Source: Clostridia bacterium
Lineage (GTDB): Bacteria; Bacillota; Clostridia; UMGS1883
Reading direction: 5' to 3'
Assembly: GCA_045591265.1 (NCBI GenBank)
Contig: JAZNSQ010000014.1
Span: 1,310 to 65,309, forward strand
DNA: 64,000 nucleotides
Below, one piece after another: positions 8,723-18,212 of the stretch. The notes under the pieces were generated by a model. That model was not told the origin of the DNA, ran no database searches, and saw nothing but the letters and a program-made list of their open reading frames with translations. Made by a program: the position numbers and the translations under genes. Position 1 is the first letter of the stretch. Every line of letters begins with the position of its first letter.

Positions 8723-9149
8723 ATTTTTTTGAGAGATATTCTAAAATCTCACTTATTCCGTCATTATTATATGAGGATGTAACAAAGATTTTCTCACATC
8801 CTGCAAGTTTTAACCACATTTTCGCCATATCTACACGCGCATCGGGTTCGTCCGCTTTTGTGACAATTCCTATAACCTCACGGTTTGCCATCTGTGCAAC
8901 ACACGGCGGGTAAAGGGAAAACGGCTCTGTCGCACTGATTAAGAGACCTACAACGTCTGCCTCATAAGAATAAAGTGCAAGTGCCCTCCCAAGCTCGGGA
9001 TTTTGCATATACTCACCGGGTGTATCTATAAGAAAATCTCCGTTAGCTACAATCTGTGTTTTTTCGTAGTGGATTTTTTCTCCGCGCAGCACCTGTGTAA
9101 GTGTAGTCTTCCCTGCTTCGCTTCTTCCTATTAATAAAAGCTTTTTCAT
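8721..9149 (-). CDS. EutP/PduV-family small GTPase.
   Basis: The P-loop 'IGRSEAGKTTL' sits in a 142-aa protein at the typical position in a BMC operon. There is an ATGA overlap with the upstream gene. Confidence 0.8.
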   Translation of the reverse strand: MKKLLLIGRSEAGKTTLTQVLRGEKIHYEKTQIVANGDFLIDTPGEYMQNPELGRALALYSYEADVVGLLISATEPFSLYPPCVAQMANREVIGIVTKADEPDARVDMAKMWLKLAGCEKIFVTSSYNNDGISEILEYLSKK

Positions 9150-9517
9150 GTCTTTGTAACTTCACACACGGTAAAGCCGAGTGTTTCCTTTACATAAGAA
9201 CAAACTGCGCGAACCGCGGTATCAACCTCGGAAACTGTTCCCGTAACGATTAATGTTCCGCTGAACCTGTCTACAAATCCTATTTGTGCGCCTGATGATT
9301 TAATTGCGATATCGCCTGCGATAATTGCGGTTTCACTCGGCGTCATTGTTATTATGCCGATTGCCGCCCTTGAATAATCAATGGATGGGTCAAGCCCGAG
9401 CTTTCTGTAGAGGATATCATCCGGATTTGCGATAACGTGTGCAAGTGTAATCTGTTTACCGGGAACGATTTCCTGAATTATTCTCATTTTGTCGTGAAGC
9501 TCAAATTCTCTCATCAA
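9146..9517 (-). CDS. Circularly permuted BMC shell protein (EutS/PduU-like).
   Basis: The sequence is 'IGIITMTPSETAIIAGDIAIKSSGAQIGFVDRFSGTLIVTGTVSEVDTAVRAV' and the length is 123 aa. Confidence 0.8.
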   Translation of the reverse strand: MMREFELHDKMRIIQEIVPGKQITLAHVIANPDDILYRKLGLDPSIDYSRAAIGIITMTPSETAIIAGDIAIKSSGAQIGFVDRFSGTLIVTGTVSEVDTAVRAVCSYVKETLGFTVCEVTKT

Positions 9518-9525
9518 AGCACCTC

Positions 9526-10314
9526 CTATCCGCCAATTTTCACCTTAAGCCCAACGCTCTCGGCAACTTTTTTAAGTCTTTCCATCTTTTCATCACTTGG
9601 CGTATCTATCTCATCCCCTATGGGATACTCTCTACCAAGATTTTCATATTTGTCGCGCCCGAATTTGTGGTACGGCAAAAGATTTATTTCGTCAACACGC
9701 ATTTTTTCTCTTGCAAAGCGGGCAATTTCGAGTATTTCCTCCTCCGTATCATTAAAGGTAGGAATGGTCGGAACCCTCACAATGCACTTTTTCGCGTGCT
9801 GGGCAATCTTTACCGCATTTTCAAGGATAAGGGCATTATCTTTAGTTGTAAACTCTTTATGCTTTTCGGGATTGATGTGTTTAATATCAAGGAGGTATGT
9901 GTCTATGTAAGGAAGTAGTCTCCCAATAGTTTCAAAGGGCGCAAATCCCGTTGACTCAACCGCCGTATTAATTCCATTTCTTTTTGCAAGCATTAAGAGT
10001 GCCAGCGCAAAATCGGGCTGAAGAAGCATCTCCCCACCGGAGAGCGTCATTCCCCCACCGCTTCGTCTGTAGTAGTTATAGTCCTTTTTAACTATTTCTA
10101 TAACTTCCCCTGCCGTGATGTCCTGCCCTACAAGCTTTGAGCCATCCTCCGTTTTCATATGCTCAAGCTCAAAATGCTGGCTCTCGGGATTGCAACACCA
10201 TTTGCAACGAAGCGCGCACCCCTTAAGAAACACTATCGTTCTTATTCCGGGGCCGTCATGCACTGAATATTTCTGTATATCAAAAATTCTGCCTTTTGTT
10301 TTTGAAATATCCAA
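9526..10314 (-). CDS. Glycyl-radical-enzyme activating enzyme (radical SAM, PflA-like short form).
   Basis: The sequence 'GPGIRTIVFLKGCALRCKWCCNPES' holds the CxxxCxxC cluster. The protein is 262 aa and lacks the extra ferredoxin-like insert. Confidence 0.9.
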   Translation of the reverse strand: MDISKTKGRIFDIQKYSVHDGPGIRTIVFLKGCALRCKWCCNPESQHFELEHMKTEDGSKLVGQDITAGEVIEIVKKDYNYYRRSGGGMTLSGGEMLLQPDFALALLMLAKRNGINTAVESTGFAPFETIGRLLPYIDTYLLDIKHINPEKHKEFTTKDNALILENAVKIAQHAKKCIVRVPTIPTFNDTEEEILEIARFAREKMRVDEINLLPYHKFGRDKYENLGREYPIGDEIDTPSDEKMERLKKVAESVGLKVKIGG

Positions 10315-10330
10315 TTTAATTTCCTCCGAA

Positions 10331-12853
10331 TCAGAAGCGCATCTGCTCTGTTCTATTTATTATATCGTCCTGAAGCGAACGTGAAAGGGCTGTAAAGAGT
10401 GCGCTGTAGCCTGCAACACGCACTACAAGGTTTTTGTAGTTTTCAGGATGCTGTTGCGCATCAAGAAGTGTTTCGCGGCTTACAACGTTAAACTGTACGT
10501 GCATACCCTTGCGGTCAAAATACCCTCTTACAAAATCTACAAAGTTCTGGAGACCATCTTCACCCTTAAGTGCAGACGGGTGGAACTTCATATTAAAGAG
10601 CGTTCCGTTAGATGCAACGCCATGGTCAAGCTTTGCAACAGAGTTAGCTGAAGAAGTAGGACCGTTTACATCACGCCCTGCACAAGGTGAAACACCGTCT
10701 GCAATCGGGGTAAATGCCCTTCTTCCGTCAGGAGTTGCGCCTGTCTGGGCACCAAGCGGAACATTTGCTGATACCGGGTAAAGACCTGCCTGAAACATTC
10801 CGCCACGCGGGTTACGATACTTAAGCATGGGCTTGGTGTAAAGGTAAGCCACTTCTTTTGCGTAGGCATCAATTTCATCATTGTCATTACCAAATTTGGG
10901 AAGTGCTTCGATATCTGAAAGCATCTGCGCATAGAGGGGATTTCCGCTCTGCGCACTCTGGCTTTCTACACTCTGATAAATTTCTTTTATAATTGCTTCG
11001 TTAACTTCAACATTTTTATCCTGAAGCTCTTTTGCAATTTTAACAGTAACTTCCTCTGTGTTTACGCTTGCTTTTTCTCCGTTAAAGTCTGCCTTAAGGG
11101 CATCTTTAACCTGCTGGAGAGTATATTTTTTCTGGTCGTAAACAAGAGTCTTTACAGCGTAGAGGGCGTCTGCCATATTTGCGATACCAAAGCCCTGCGG
11201 ACCTGTAAAGTTATATACTGCGCCACCCTCCTGAACCGACTTTCCTCTGCCGATACAGTCATCGACCATTGAAGAAAGGAACGGAAGCGGTGTGCGTTTT
11301 GCATGTGCCTTATCTACAGCGTTGTCTGCATTGACCATAAGCTCAATACAGTATTCAATCTGCTCCTTATAGGCGTTAAAGAATTTTTCGTAGGTGTCAA
11401 GCTCTTCAATCTCACCTGTTTTTATACTTACCTCTTCTCCGTCAAGCTTACCATTTGCAAACACAAGCTCAAGAGGCTTTAACATATTAAAGAATGCAGC
11501 GTCATGCCATCCGTCAGTTTTACCGGGGCACTGCGGTTCAACGCAACCGATAATACAGTAGTTTCTTGCATCCTCAAGAGTAAGTCCTCTGCTAAGGAGA
11601 GCAGGAATAATTACTTCGTCATTATAGTAAGCAGGAAGTCCAACACCTGTTCTTGTAACGTGCGCTGCCATAACCAAAAGCTCATTCGGTGAACCATTCC
11701 ATACTCTTATAGAAAGAGAGGGGAACGGAAGCTGAAGACGATATGTTGCATTTAAGCAAAGGAATGAAAGCTCATTTGTTGCATCGCGTCCGTCAGGCGT
11801 CTGACCGCCTACGATTAAGTTCTGGAAAACGCTGTAGCCTGCAAAGCCTTCTGCTGAAGCGTGGTCTCTCGCTTTATCAAGGTCGTTAAGCTTAATCCAC
11901 AAGCAGTCAATAAGCTCTTGTGCATCTTCAAGCGAAATTTTTCCGCTTTCGTAATCCTTTTTAAAATAAGGATACATATACATATCAAATCTTCCCGGAG
12001 AAACGGAGTGGCCGCTGCCTTCCACCTGAATAAGCATCTGCACAAACCAGAACGACTGGCAAGCCTCATAAAAGCTTGTTGCGCCATATTTGGGCACTTT
12101 CTTACAGTTTTCTGCAATCTTAAGAAGTTCTTCTTTTCTCTTTTCGTCTGCAGTTTTTGCCTGTTCAAGAGCAAGATTAGCGTATCTTTCCGCATAGGTT
12201 ATTGCTGCTTCGCTTGTTTCAATAACTGCTTCAAGGAAGCTGCGCTTTGCGGGGTACATACTGCAAGTAATATCAAGGCTTTCAATTTGCTTTTTAGCTT
12301 CCTCAATAATTCCGCTGTAACCAATCTTAAGCACCTTTCCGTAATCAACACTGATATGTCCTACACCATTATAGAAATAGTTTCCGACTGTAAATACGTT
12401 ATGCTCTATCGCTTTAAGCGCCTCGGGTGCCATATAGCTTTCGGCAAGGTCACTGTTCGTTTTGCCTCTCCAGTATTCATGCGCCACACGAAGTGTTTCC
12501 TTTGTTTCATCATCAAGGTCAAAGGCATCTGCACTTCTTGTAGAGATAGTGTCAAACTCCTTTTCGAGCCATTCAAACGAATACTCAGGGAAGGTCTGAC
12601 AGCCTCTCGGCGCTATTGTAGCACTGCCGACAACAAGCTCACCTTCGCGGATTGTTATCGGAATATTTTTAAGAATGTGACTAAATGCCGCACTTCTGCG
12701 TTTAATAACAGGAAGATGCTCTGTCATCTTATAGCTTTCAGTTATAAGTCTTGCACGGTCACCCTCGATACGAGGATTTTCGGCAAACAGCATCTCCTTC
12801 AATTTTTCGATCCTTGGGGTGGCCTTTATTTTTTCCAACATCTCGAAATTCAT
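10331..12853 (-). CDS. Glycyl radical enzyme (PFL-like fold), probably a diol/1,2-propanediol dehydratase-type GRE of a GRM-class microcompartment.
   Basis: The C-terminal glycyl-radical motif is 'RVAGYSALF' and the active-site Cys loop is 'IIGCVEPQ' (the CxE pattern of dehydratase/lyase GREs). It is 840 aa and is the first gene of the operon. Confidence 0.9.
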   Translation of the reverse strand: MNFEMLEKIKATPRIEKLKEMLFAENPRIEGDRARLITESYKMTEHLPVIKRRSAAFSHILKNIPITIREGELVVGSATIAPRGCQTFPEYSFEWLEKEFDTISTRSADAFDLDDETKETLRVAHEYWRGKTNSDLAESYMAPEALKAIEHNVFTVGNYFYNGVGHISVDYGKVLKIGYSGIIEEAKKQIESLDITCSMYPAKRSFLEAVIETSEAAITYAERYANLALEQAKTADEKRKEELLKIAENCKKVPKYGATSFYEACQSFWFVQMLIQVEGSGHSVSPGRFDMYMYPYFKKDYESGKISLEDAQELIDCLWIKLNDLDKARDHASAEGFAGYSVFQNLIVGGQTPDGRDATNELSFLCLNATYRLQLPFPSLSIRVWNGSPNELLVMAAHVTRTGVGLPAYYNDEVIIPALLSRGLTLEDARNYCIIGCVEPQCPGKTDGWHDAAFFNMLKPLELVFANGKLDGEEVSIKTGEIEELDTYEKFFNAYKEQIEYCIELMVNADNAVDKAHAKRTPLPFLSSMVDDCIGRGKSVQEGGAVYNFTGPQGFGIANMADALYAVKTLVYDQKKYTLQQVKDALKADFNGEKASVNTEEVTVKIAKELQDKNVEVNEAIIKEIYQSVESQSAQSGNPLYAQMLSDIEALPKFGNDNDEIDAYAKEVAYLYTKPMLKYRNPRGGMFQAGLYPVSANVPLGAQTGATPDGRRAFTPIADGVSPCAGRDVNGPTSSANSVAKLDHGVASNGTLFNMKFHPSALKGEDGLQNFVDFVRGYFDRKGMHVQFNVVSRETLLDAQQHPENYKNLVVRVAGYSALFTALSRSLQDDIINRTEQMRF

Positions 12854-12887
12854 AGTTTCCCCTCCGTTTTATATCATTACTGACTAT

Positions 12888-12917
12888 AGAATACCACAAA
12901 AACACACAAATTGTCAA
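12888..12917 (-). promoter_or_regulatory. Putative sigma-A promoter of the BMC operon (-35 TTGACA, 18-nt spacer, extended -10 TGgTATTCT).
   Basis: On the minus strand the motif reads 'TTGACAatttgtgtgtttttgtgGTATTCT', ~35 nt upstream of the RBS ACGGAGGGG and the GRE ATG. Confidence 0.5.
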
Positions 12918-13006
12918 TATAAATTCACAAAAAAACAAATAAATAAGCGTTTTTTTGTTTGTTTTTTGTTAAAATTTCTTGTTTTTTATCTTTTTCTTGT
13001 TTTTTA

Positions 13007-13035
13007 TTGATTTTTTTTCGTTTGTGTGCTATAAT
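13007..13035 (+). promoter_or_regulatory. Putative promoter of tsaE-tsaB-rpiB-nrdR (-35 TTGATT, 17-nt spacer, -10 TATAAT).
   Basis: The motif is 'TTGATTttttttcgtttgtgtgcTATAAT', 35 nt upstream of the tsaE TTG start. Confidence 0.5.
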
Positions 13036-13070
13036 TTTCCTTATAAATAATTGTAAGCGAGGACAATGTT

Positions 13071-13481
13071 TTGAAATACATATCACACAGTGCAGGTGAA
13101 ACTGAAAAATTTGCATATGATTTTGCGAAAAGCATTTCTTCTCCGCACGTTATTTGTCTTGTCGGGGATTTGGGTGCCGGCAAAACTGCCTTTACACGCG
13201 GATTTGCGCGCTTTTTCGGAATAGAGAAGGGCGTCTCCTCCCCAACCTTTACCATAATGCAGCAATATATAGGAAGAGAAACTATAAATCATTATGACCT
13301 TTACCGTCTTTCATCTTTTGATGAGCTTTATGATATCGGTTTTGAAGAGCAGATTGAAAACGGAATTTCGCTTATTGAATGGCCTGACGAATTTATGGAC
13401 CTTCTTCCCGAAAACAAAACGGTTATTAAAATAAGCCGTACAGATGGCAATTTGGATGAAAGGCTTATTGAGATAATTTAA
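13071..13481 (+). CDS. tsaE: tRNA threonylcarbamoyladenosine biosynthesis protein TsaE (YjeE ATPase).
   Basis: The P-loop 'GDLGAGKTAFTRGFA' is present in a 136-aa protein. It has a TTG start with an upstream GCGAGGA. Confidence 0.8.
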   Translation: MKYISHSAGETEKFAYDFAKSISSPHVICLVGDLGAGKTAFTRGFARFFGIEKGVSSPTFTIMQQYIGRETINHYDLYRLSSFDELYDIGFEEQIENGISLIEWPDEFMDLLPENKTVIKISRTDGNLDERLIEII

Positions 13482-13492
13482 GGAGCTTTAAA

Positions 13493-14191
13493 ATGAGAAT
13501 TCTTGGAATTGATACTTCCTCTCTCACCGCGTCTGTTGCGATTATGGAGGATGAGGTTATAAAAGGTGAAATAAGCTTTACTTCAAAGCTTACCCATTCA
13601 CAAACGATTATGCCTATGATTGATGAGGTGCTTCGCGGCGCATCACTTACACCAAAGGATATTGATGTTTTTGCATGCGCAAATGGTCCGGGCTCTTTTA
13701 CGGGACTTCGAATTGGCATTGGCACGGCAAAGGGGCTTTCCTTTGGCACAGACAAAAAGGCAGTTGGCGTTTGCACGCTTGAAGCACTTGCGCACAACAT
13801 TACTTTTTTTGACGGTTATATATGTCCAATTATGGATGCAAGAAGAAATTCTGTTTACAGCGCAGTTTATAAATCTGACGGAAAGGGAATCGCCCTTGTG
13901 CGTGAGCCTCAGCTTATAGAAGTAAGTAAACTTTGCGCATCACTTAACGATAAATGTATTTTCGTGGGTGACGGGGTACATATATATAAGGAAGAAATTT
14001 TTAAGGCTTTGGGCGAAAATGCATATTTCGCACCACCTCAAAACTGCCTTCCGCGTGCTTCTTCTGTTTGCCGTGCGGCACTTTTTAAAGAGGCGGTTTC
14101 TCCAGAGGCGCTCGATGTCCTTTATCTTAATAAACCACAGGCAGAGCGTGAACTTGAAGAAAAATTAAATTTAAATAAAGAGGTTAAATGA
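13493..14191 (+). CDS. tsaB: tRNA t6A biosynthesis protein TsaB (YeaZ).
   Basis: The N-terminus 'MRILGIDTSSLTASVAI' begins a Kae1/YgjD-like inactive paralog fold. Confidence 0.85.
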   Translation: MRILGIDTSSLTASVAIMEDEVIKGEISFTSKLTHSQTIMPMIDEVLRGASLTPKDIDVFACANGPGSFTGLRIGIGTAKGLSFGTDKKAVGVCTLEALAHNITFFDGYICPIMDARRNSVYSAVYKSDGKGIALVREPQLIEVSKLCASLNDKCIFVGDGVHIYKEEIFKALGENAYFAPPQNCLPRASSVCRAALFKEAVSPEALDVLYLNKPQAERELEEKLNLNKEVK

Positions 14192-14192
14192 T

Positions 14193-14633
14193 ATGAAAAT
14201 TTCTATGGCTGCCGACCACGGCGGATATGAGCTTAAAAATATTCTTAAGGAGTACCTTTTGGAAAAAGGGCACGAAATTGTGGATTTGGGCACAAATTCC
14301 CCTGAAAGCGTGGACTACCCCGATTATGCACTTCTTTGCGCAAAAGAGGTAGCAAGCAAAAATGTGGATTTTGGCATTTTGGTTTGCGGAACGGGTGTTG
14401 GCATTTCTATTGCAGCAAACAAGGTCCGCGGAATACGCTGTGCACTCTGTCCGTCAGCAGAAATCGCTGCGCTTGTAAAACAGCATAATAATGCAAATAT
14501 AATTGCACTTGGCGGAAGATTTACCAAGCCGTCTCTTGCTAAGGAAATTGTTGATGCCTATATAGCGGCGGACTTTGAAGGAGACAGGCATATTAAGAGA
14601 CTTGAAAAAATTTCTGCTATAGAGAATTTATAA
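14193..14633 (+). CDS. rpiB: Ribose-5-phosphate isomerase B (RpiB/LacAB family).
   Basis: The sequence contains 'ADHGGYELK...LVCGTGVGISIAANK' and the protein is 146 aa. Confidence 0.85.
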   Translation: MKISMAADHGGYELKNILKEYLLEKGHEIVDLGTNSPESVDYPDYALLCAKEVASKNVDFGILVCGTGVGISIAANKVRGIRCALCPSAEIAALVKQHNNANIIALGGRFTKPSLAKEIVDAYIAADFEGDRHIKRLEKISAIENL

Positions 14634-14650
14634 ATTAAAGGAGTGAGGGT

Positions 14651-15109
14651 ATGCGTTGTCCGTTTTGTGGGTTTGATGACAGTAAGGTTATCGATTCCCG
14701 CCCAACTGATGAGGGCGTTGCCATCCGCAGAAGGCGTGAGTGTATCGAATGCGGAAAGAGGTTTACTACATACGAAAATGTAGAAAGCCTTCCTATTATA
14801 GTAATAAAGAAAGATAAAACACGAGAGCTCTTTAACCGTGAAAAGCTTCTTGCAGGATTAACGCGTGCATGCGAAAAAAGGCCTGTCGAAGCACATCAGC
14901 TTGACCTTTTGGTTGACAAAATTGAGTCTGATTTGCAAAACACCTTAAAAAGAGAGATTTCCACAAAGGAAATCGGCGAAAAGGTTATGGAAGGGCTTAA
15001 GGATATTGACGAGGTTGCGTATGTGCGCTTTGCATCGGTTTACCGTCAATTTAAAGACGTCAGTACATTCATTGCGGAAGTAAACAAGCTTCTGACAGAT
15101 AAAAATTAA
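14651..15109 (+). CDS. nrdR: Transcriptional repressor NrdR.
   Basis: The Zn ribbon 'MRCPFCG...[13 protein letters not shown]' is followed by an ATP-cone domain. Confidence 0.9.
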   Translation: MRCPFCGFDDSKVIDSRPTDEGVAIRRRRECIECGKRFTTYENVESLPIIVIKKDKTRELFNREKLLAGLTRACEKRPVEAHQLDLLVDKIESDLQNTLKREISTKEIGEKVMEGLKDIDEVAYVRFASVYRQFKDVSTFIAEVNKLLTDKN

Positions 15110-15126
15110 TTATAGGAGAAAGTTTT

Positions 15127-16785
15127 ATGGAAAAAAGCTATTTAAAAAAGGTTACACCGCTTTCATCAATTCGCGAGCTACTTGAACTTGCTAAAAACGA
15201 GGCAGGTGAGCACACTGCCTATATTCACAAAGAAAACAAAGTAGAAAAAAGAGTTACTTACAACGAATTCTACGAGGATGTATTTTCGCTCGGAACTGCT
15301 CTTGCAAATCTCGGCGTTTCAAAAAAGCACGTTGCCTGCTTTGCTGACAACAGCTATAAGTGGATAAATGTATTTCTTAGCGTACTTCGCTCTGACAATG
15401 TGTTTGTAGGTATTGATAAAGAGCTTCCCGCAAAGGACTTTATATACGTTGCAAATGACAGTGATACAGAGGTATTATTTTACGGCAAGAAAGCAGAGGA
15501 TATGATCCGCGAAAATCTTGACTCTCTTTCAAATATCAAATACTTTATAGGACTTGACAGAGAAGAGGACGAAGGAAACTTCCTTTCCTTTAACCTTTTA
15601 AGAGAAAAGGGACGCGCTCTTTACAAAGAGGGTAACAAGGAGTTTTCTGATATGGAAAACATCTACGAGGAGCTTAAGATGCTTGTTTACACATCAGGTA
15701 CAACAGGCTTGGCAAAGGGTGTTATGCTTTCTGAAAAGAACCTTGTTTCTATCATTTATCACGGACTCAGGGTTTCTACAATAAGCGAAATGGGGCTTTC
15801 ACTTCTTCCGTATCATCATGCGTATGAAGCTGTTTGCGGAATTTTGGTTGCTATCCATAAGCACACCACGGTATGCATTAACGACAGTCTTAAGAACGTG
15901 GCAAAAAACCTTGTTAAATACAAACCTACATATATGTATGTTGTGCCTGCGGTTGCATCTGCACTTCATTCAAATATTATCCGTACTGCTAAAAAAGAAG
16001 GAAAGCTTAAAGCTCTTATGCTTCTTATAAAGATATCAAACGGCCTCAGAAAAATTGGCATTGATCTTAGAAGAAAGCTGTTTAGCTCTATCCACAATGC
16101 TCTTGGCGGAAGACTTGACAGAATAGTTTGTGGCGGAGCACCGATTTCTGATGAAATGTCTTATTTCTTCGACTCTATTGGCATCCTTATGCTAAACGGA
16201 TATGGCATTACAGAATGTTCACCACTCGTTAGCGTTAACAACGACTTTGACAATGATTATCGCACAGTAGGTTACACCCTTCCCTGCCTTGAGGTTGAAA
16301 TTAGGGATAAAGACGAAAATGGCATCGGCGAAATCTGTGTTAAGGGTGACACCGTTATGCTCGGCTACTACAAGAAGCCCGAGGTTACCAAAGAGGTTAT
16401 TGTAGACGGTTGGTTCTATACAGGCGACTTTGGTTACCTTAACAAAAAAGGTCAGCTGTTGATTACGGGAAGAAAGAAAAATATTATCGTTCTTTCAAAC
16501 GGTAAAAATATTTTCCCTGAGGAAATTGAAGCTTACATAGAAAAAATCCTCTATGTAAAGGAAGTTGTTGTCTACGAGGTGGATAATAACGGTCAGCCGG
16601 CTCTTTGCGCTGAAATTTATCCTGACAAGGACCTTATGGGTAACAGCGATATTAACGCCGATATCTGTGAAGTTCTTAAGGAGCTTCCCTCATACAAGCA
16701 AATTTCTAAAATTGTTTTCCGTGATACAGAATTTGAAAAGAACGCATCAAGAAAAATTCTTCGCTCATCAATAAATAAAAAGTAA
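15127..16785 (+). CDS. AMP-dependent acyl-CoA synthetase / long-chain fatty-acid-CoA ligase family.
   Basis: The AMP-binding motif 'YTSGTTGLAKGVML' is present in a 552-aa protein. Confidence 0.8.
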   Translation: MEKSYLKKVTPLSSIRELLELAKNEAGEHTAYIHKENKVEKRVTYNEFYEDVFSLGTALANLGVSKKHVACFADNSYKWINVFLSVLRSDNVFVGIDKELPAKDFIYVANDSDTEVLFYGKKAEDMIRENLDSLSNIKYFIGLDREEDEGNFLSFNLLREKGRALYKEGNKEFSDMENIYEELKMLVYTSGTTGLAKGVMLSEKNLVSIIYHGLRVSTISEMGLSLLPYHHAYEAVCGILVAIHKHTTVCINDSLKNVAKNLVKYKPTYMYVVPAVASALHSNIIRTAKKEGKLKALMLLIKISNGLRKIGIDLRRKLFSSIHNALGGRLDRIVCGGAPISDEMSYFFDSIGILMLNGYGITECSPLVSVNNDFDNDYRTVGYTLPCLEVEIRDKDENGIGEICVKGDTVMLGYYKKPEVTKEVIVDGWFYTGDFGYLNKKGQLLITGRKKNIIVLSNGKNIFPEEIEAYIEKILYVKEVVVYEVDNNGQPALCAEIYPDKDLMGNSDINADICEVLKELPSYKQISKIVFRDTEFEKNASRKILRSSINKK

Positions 16786-16799
16786 TTTTTAGTACTTGC

Positions 16800-16838
16800 C
16801 CTCATATACATTTTAATGTATATGGGGGTTTTTTTATG
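16800..16838 (+). terminator. Rho-independent terminator after the acyl-CoA synthetase gene.
   Basis: The hairpin 'ccctcatatacatt..aatgtatatggggg' is followed by TTTTTTT, which runs directly into the annotated ATG of the next ORF. Confidence 0.6.
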
Positions 16839-18173
16839 CAGGAAATTGAGCACTCTCAAAGAAGAAACGGCTTTATAATTTCGGGCGGCACGGTAGCAGA
16901 GTCTCCTGCCGTTAATGTTTTACCCAAAAAGAAGCCAAAACTTAAAATAAATCTTAATATTTCGCCTTCTTTATCAGGACTTTTCGGATATTTAAAGGAG
17001 CTTTTTATATATTATTCCTCTAATGCCACATGCCTTAACAAAGCCTTTTTTAAATATGCTTTTTCCTTTGCAACTTGTATTTTTTGTGCCACTGTATTTT
17101 TTAACTTTTTTTCATTTGGTACTGCAATATATAAGGACGGAGAAAAAATTGGTGTTGTAAAAGACAATTCCACATTTTTAAAAGCAGTAGAAGATGCAAA
17201 AAAAGAACTCGGAGAGGATTTTTCTTTTGATGATGCTTTAAAAAGAACTATTACAATTCATCCCAAAAAAAGCTTTTTATCCGCACCCTCCCTAAAAAAG
17301 AACATACTTCTTTGCTCTCCCGACTATTCTTATGGCTACACTCTTTATTCCGCCGGTGAAAAGATATTTACTGCCAAAACACAAAAAGAAGCTGAAACTG
17401 CTTTAAAAAACTACATAAAAGATTTTTCTATGAACGGCACGGTTTCCTCCGTCTCTGAAACTAAAATAAAGAAAGAGGTTGTCAAAAAGGATACCTTGCT
17501 TTCCGTCAAGGAGTGCGAAAAAACACTTTCCGATAGCGGAAAAATAAATGTTGTAAGCGTAGTAAACAGTGATCTTCGCGAGGTACTTCCCTTTGAAACA
17601 CTTACCCAAAAAGATAATACTCTTTACCTTGGCGAAAATGTTGTCGTGACAGAAGGCGTTCTGGGGGCAAAAGAAGTCTCTCGCACAAGCACTTATAAAA
17701 ATGGACTTTTGCAGGAAGAAAAAACAACCTATGAAAATATACTTTCAAGACCTATTGCTAAAATAGTGCGCACAGGCACAAAACAAAAGGATATTTTAAA
17801 AACAGGTGTAATCTACCCCCTTAAGGGAATTATATCCTCTCATTTTGGGAGCCGTTGGGGAAAGAACCACGAGGGAATTGATATTGCCGTAGATGAAGAT
17901 ACCCCTGTTTTGGCAGCCGAATGCGGAACAGTTTCCTATGTATCCGAAAATGCAGGCGGATACGGAAAGTATGTAAAAATTGACCATGGCTACGGAAACC
18001 AGACCGCCTATGCTCACTTAAATAAAATTGATGTTTCTGTCGGGCAGGTAGTTAATAAAGGAGAGCAAATTGCATTAAGCGGAAATACAGGCAGATCCAC
18101 AGGACCGCACCTTCATTTTGAAATTATAGATAATGGAGTACATCTTGATCCATATCCATATATGAAAAAATAA
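16836..18173 (+). CDS. M23-family (LytM-type) metallopeptidase with an N-terminal membrane anchor; the start codon is uncertain.
   Basis: The C-terminal M23 motifs 'HEGIDIAVDE' and 'GPHLHFEI' are intact. The annotated ATG at 16836 abuts the terminator T-tract with no SD. No in-frame ATG occurs for ~190 codons, but an AAGGAG lies near 17000, so the real start is probably a non-ATG codon downstream. Confidence 0.7.
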   Translation: MQEIEHSQRRNGFIISGGTVAESPAVNVLPKKKPKLKINLNISPSLSGLFGYLKELFIYYSSNATCLNKAFFKYAFSFATCIFCATVFFNFFSFGTAIYKDGEKIGVVKDNSTFLKAVEDAKKELGEDFSFDDALKRTITIHPKKSFLSAPSLKKNILLCSPDYSYGYTLYSAGEKIFTAKTQKEAETALKNYIKDFSMNGTVSSVSETKIKKEVVKKDTLLSVKECEKTLSDSGKINVVSVVNSDLREVLPFETLTQKDNTLYLGENVVVTEGVLGAKEVSRTSTYKNGLLQEEKTTYENILSRPIAKIVRTGTKQKDILKTGVIYPLKGIISSHFGSRWGKNHEGIDIAVDEDTPVLAAECGTVSYVSENAGGYGKYVKIDHGYGNQTAYAHLNKIDVSVGQVVNKGEQIALSGNTGRSTGPHLHFEIIDNGVHLDPYPYMKK

Positions 18174-18212
18174 AAGAGAGCGTAAAAATTTATTTTTACG
18201 CTCTCTTCTTTT
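18174..18212 (+). terminator. Rho-independent terminator of the M23 peptidase gene.
   Basis: The hairpin 'aagagagcgtaaaaatttatttttacgctctctt' is followed by cttttc. Confidence 0.7.

Noticed and set aside
11861-12883. A 340-aa plus-strand ORF, one of several long ORFs antisense to the GRE, PolC and CarB genes.
   Set aside because: These are entirely antisense to strongly supported genes. The translations are low-complexity and rich in F, L, K and C, which is typical of AT-rich antisense frames.
12819-13255. Small ORFs in the T-rich intergenic region upstream of tsaE.
   Set aside because: The sequence is poly-T/A-tract promoter DNA and the translations are low-complexity poly-F/K/L. They overlap the promoters and the tsaE start.
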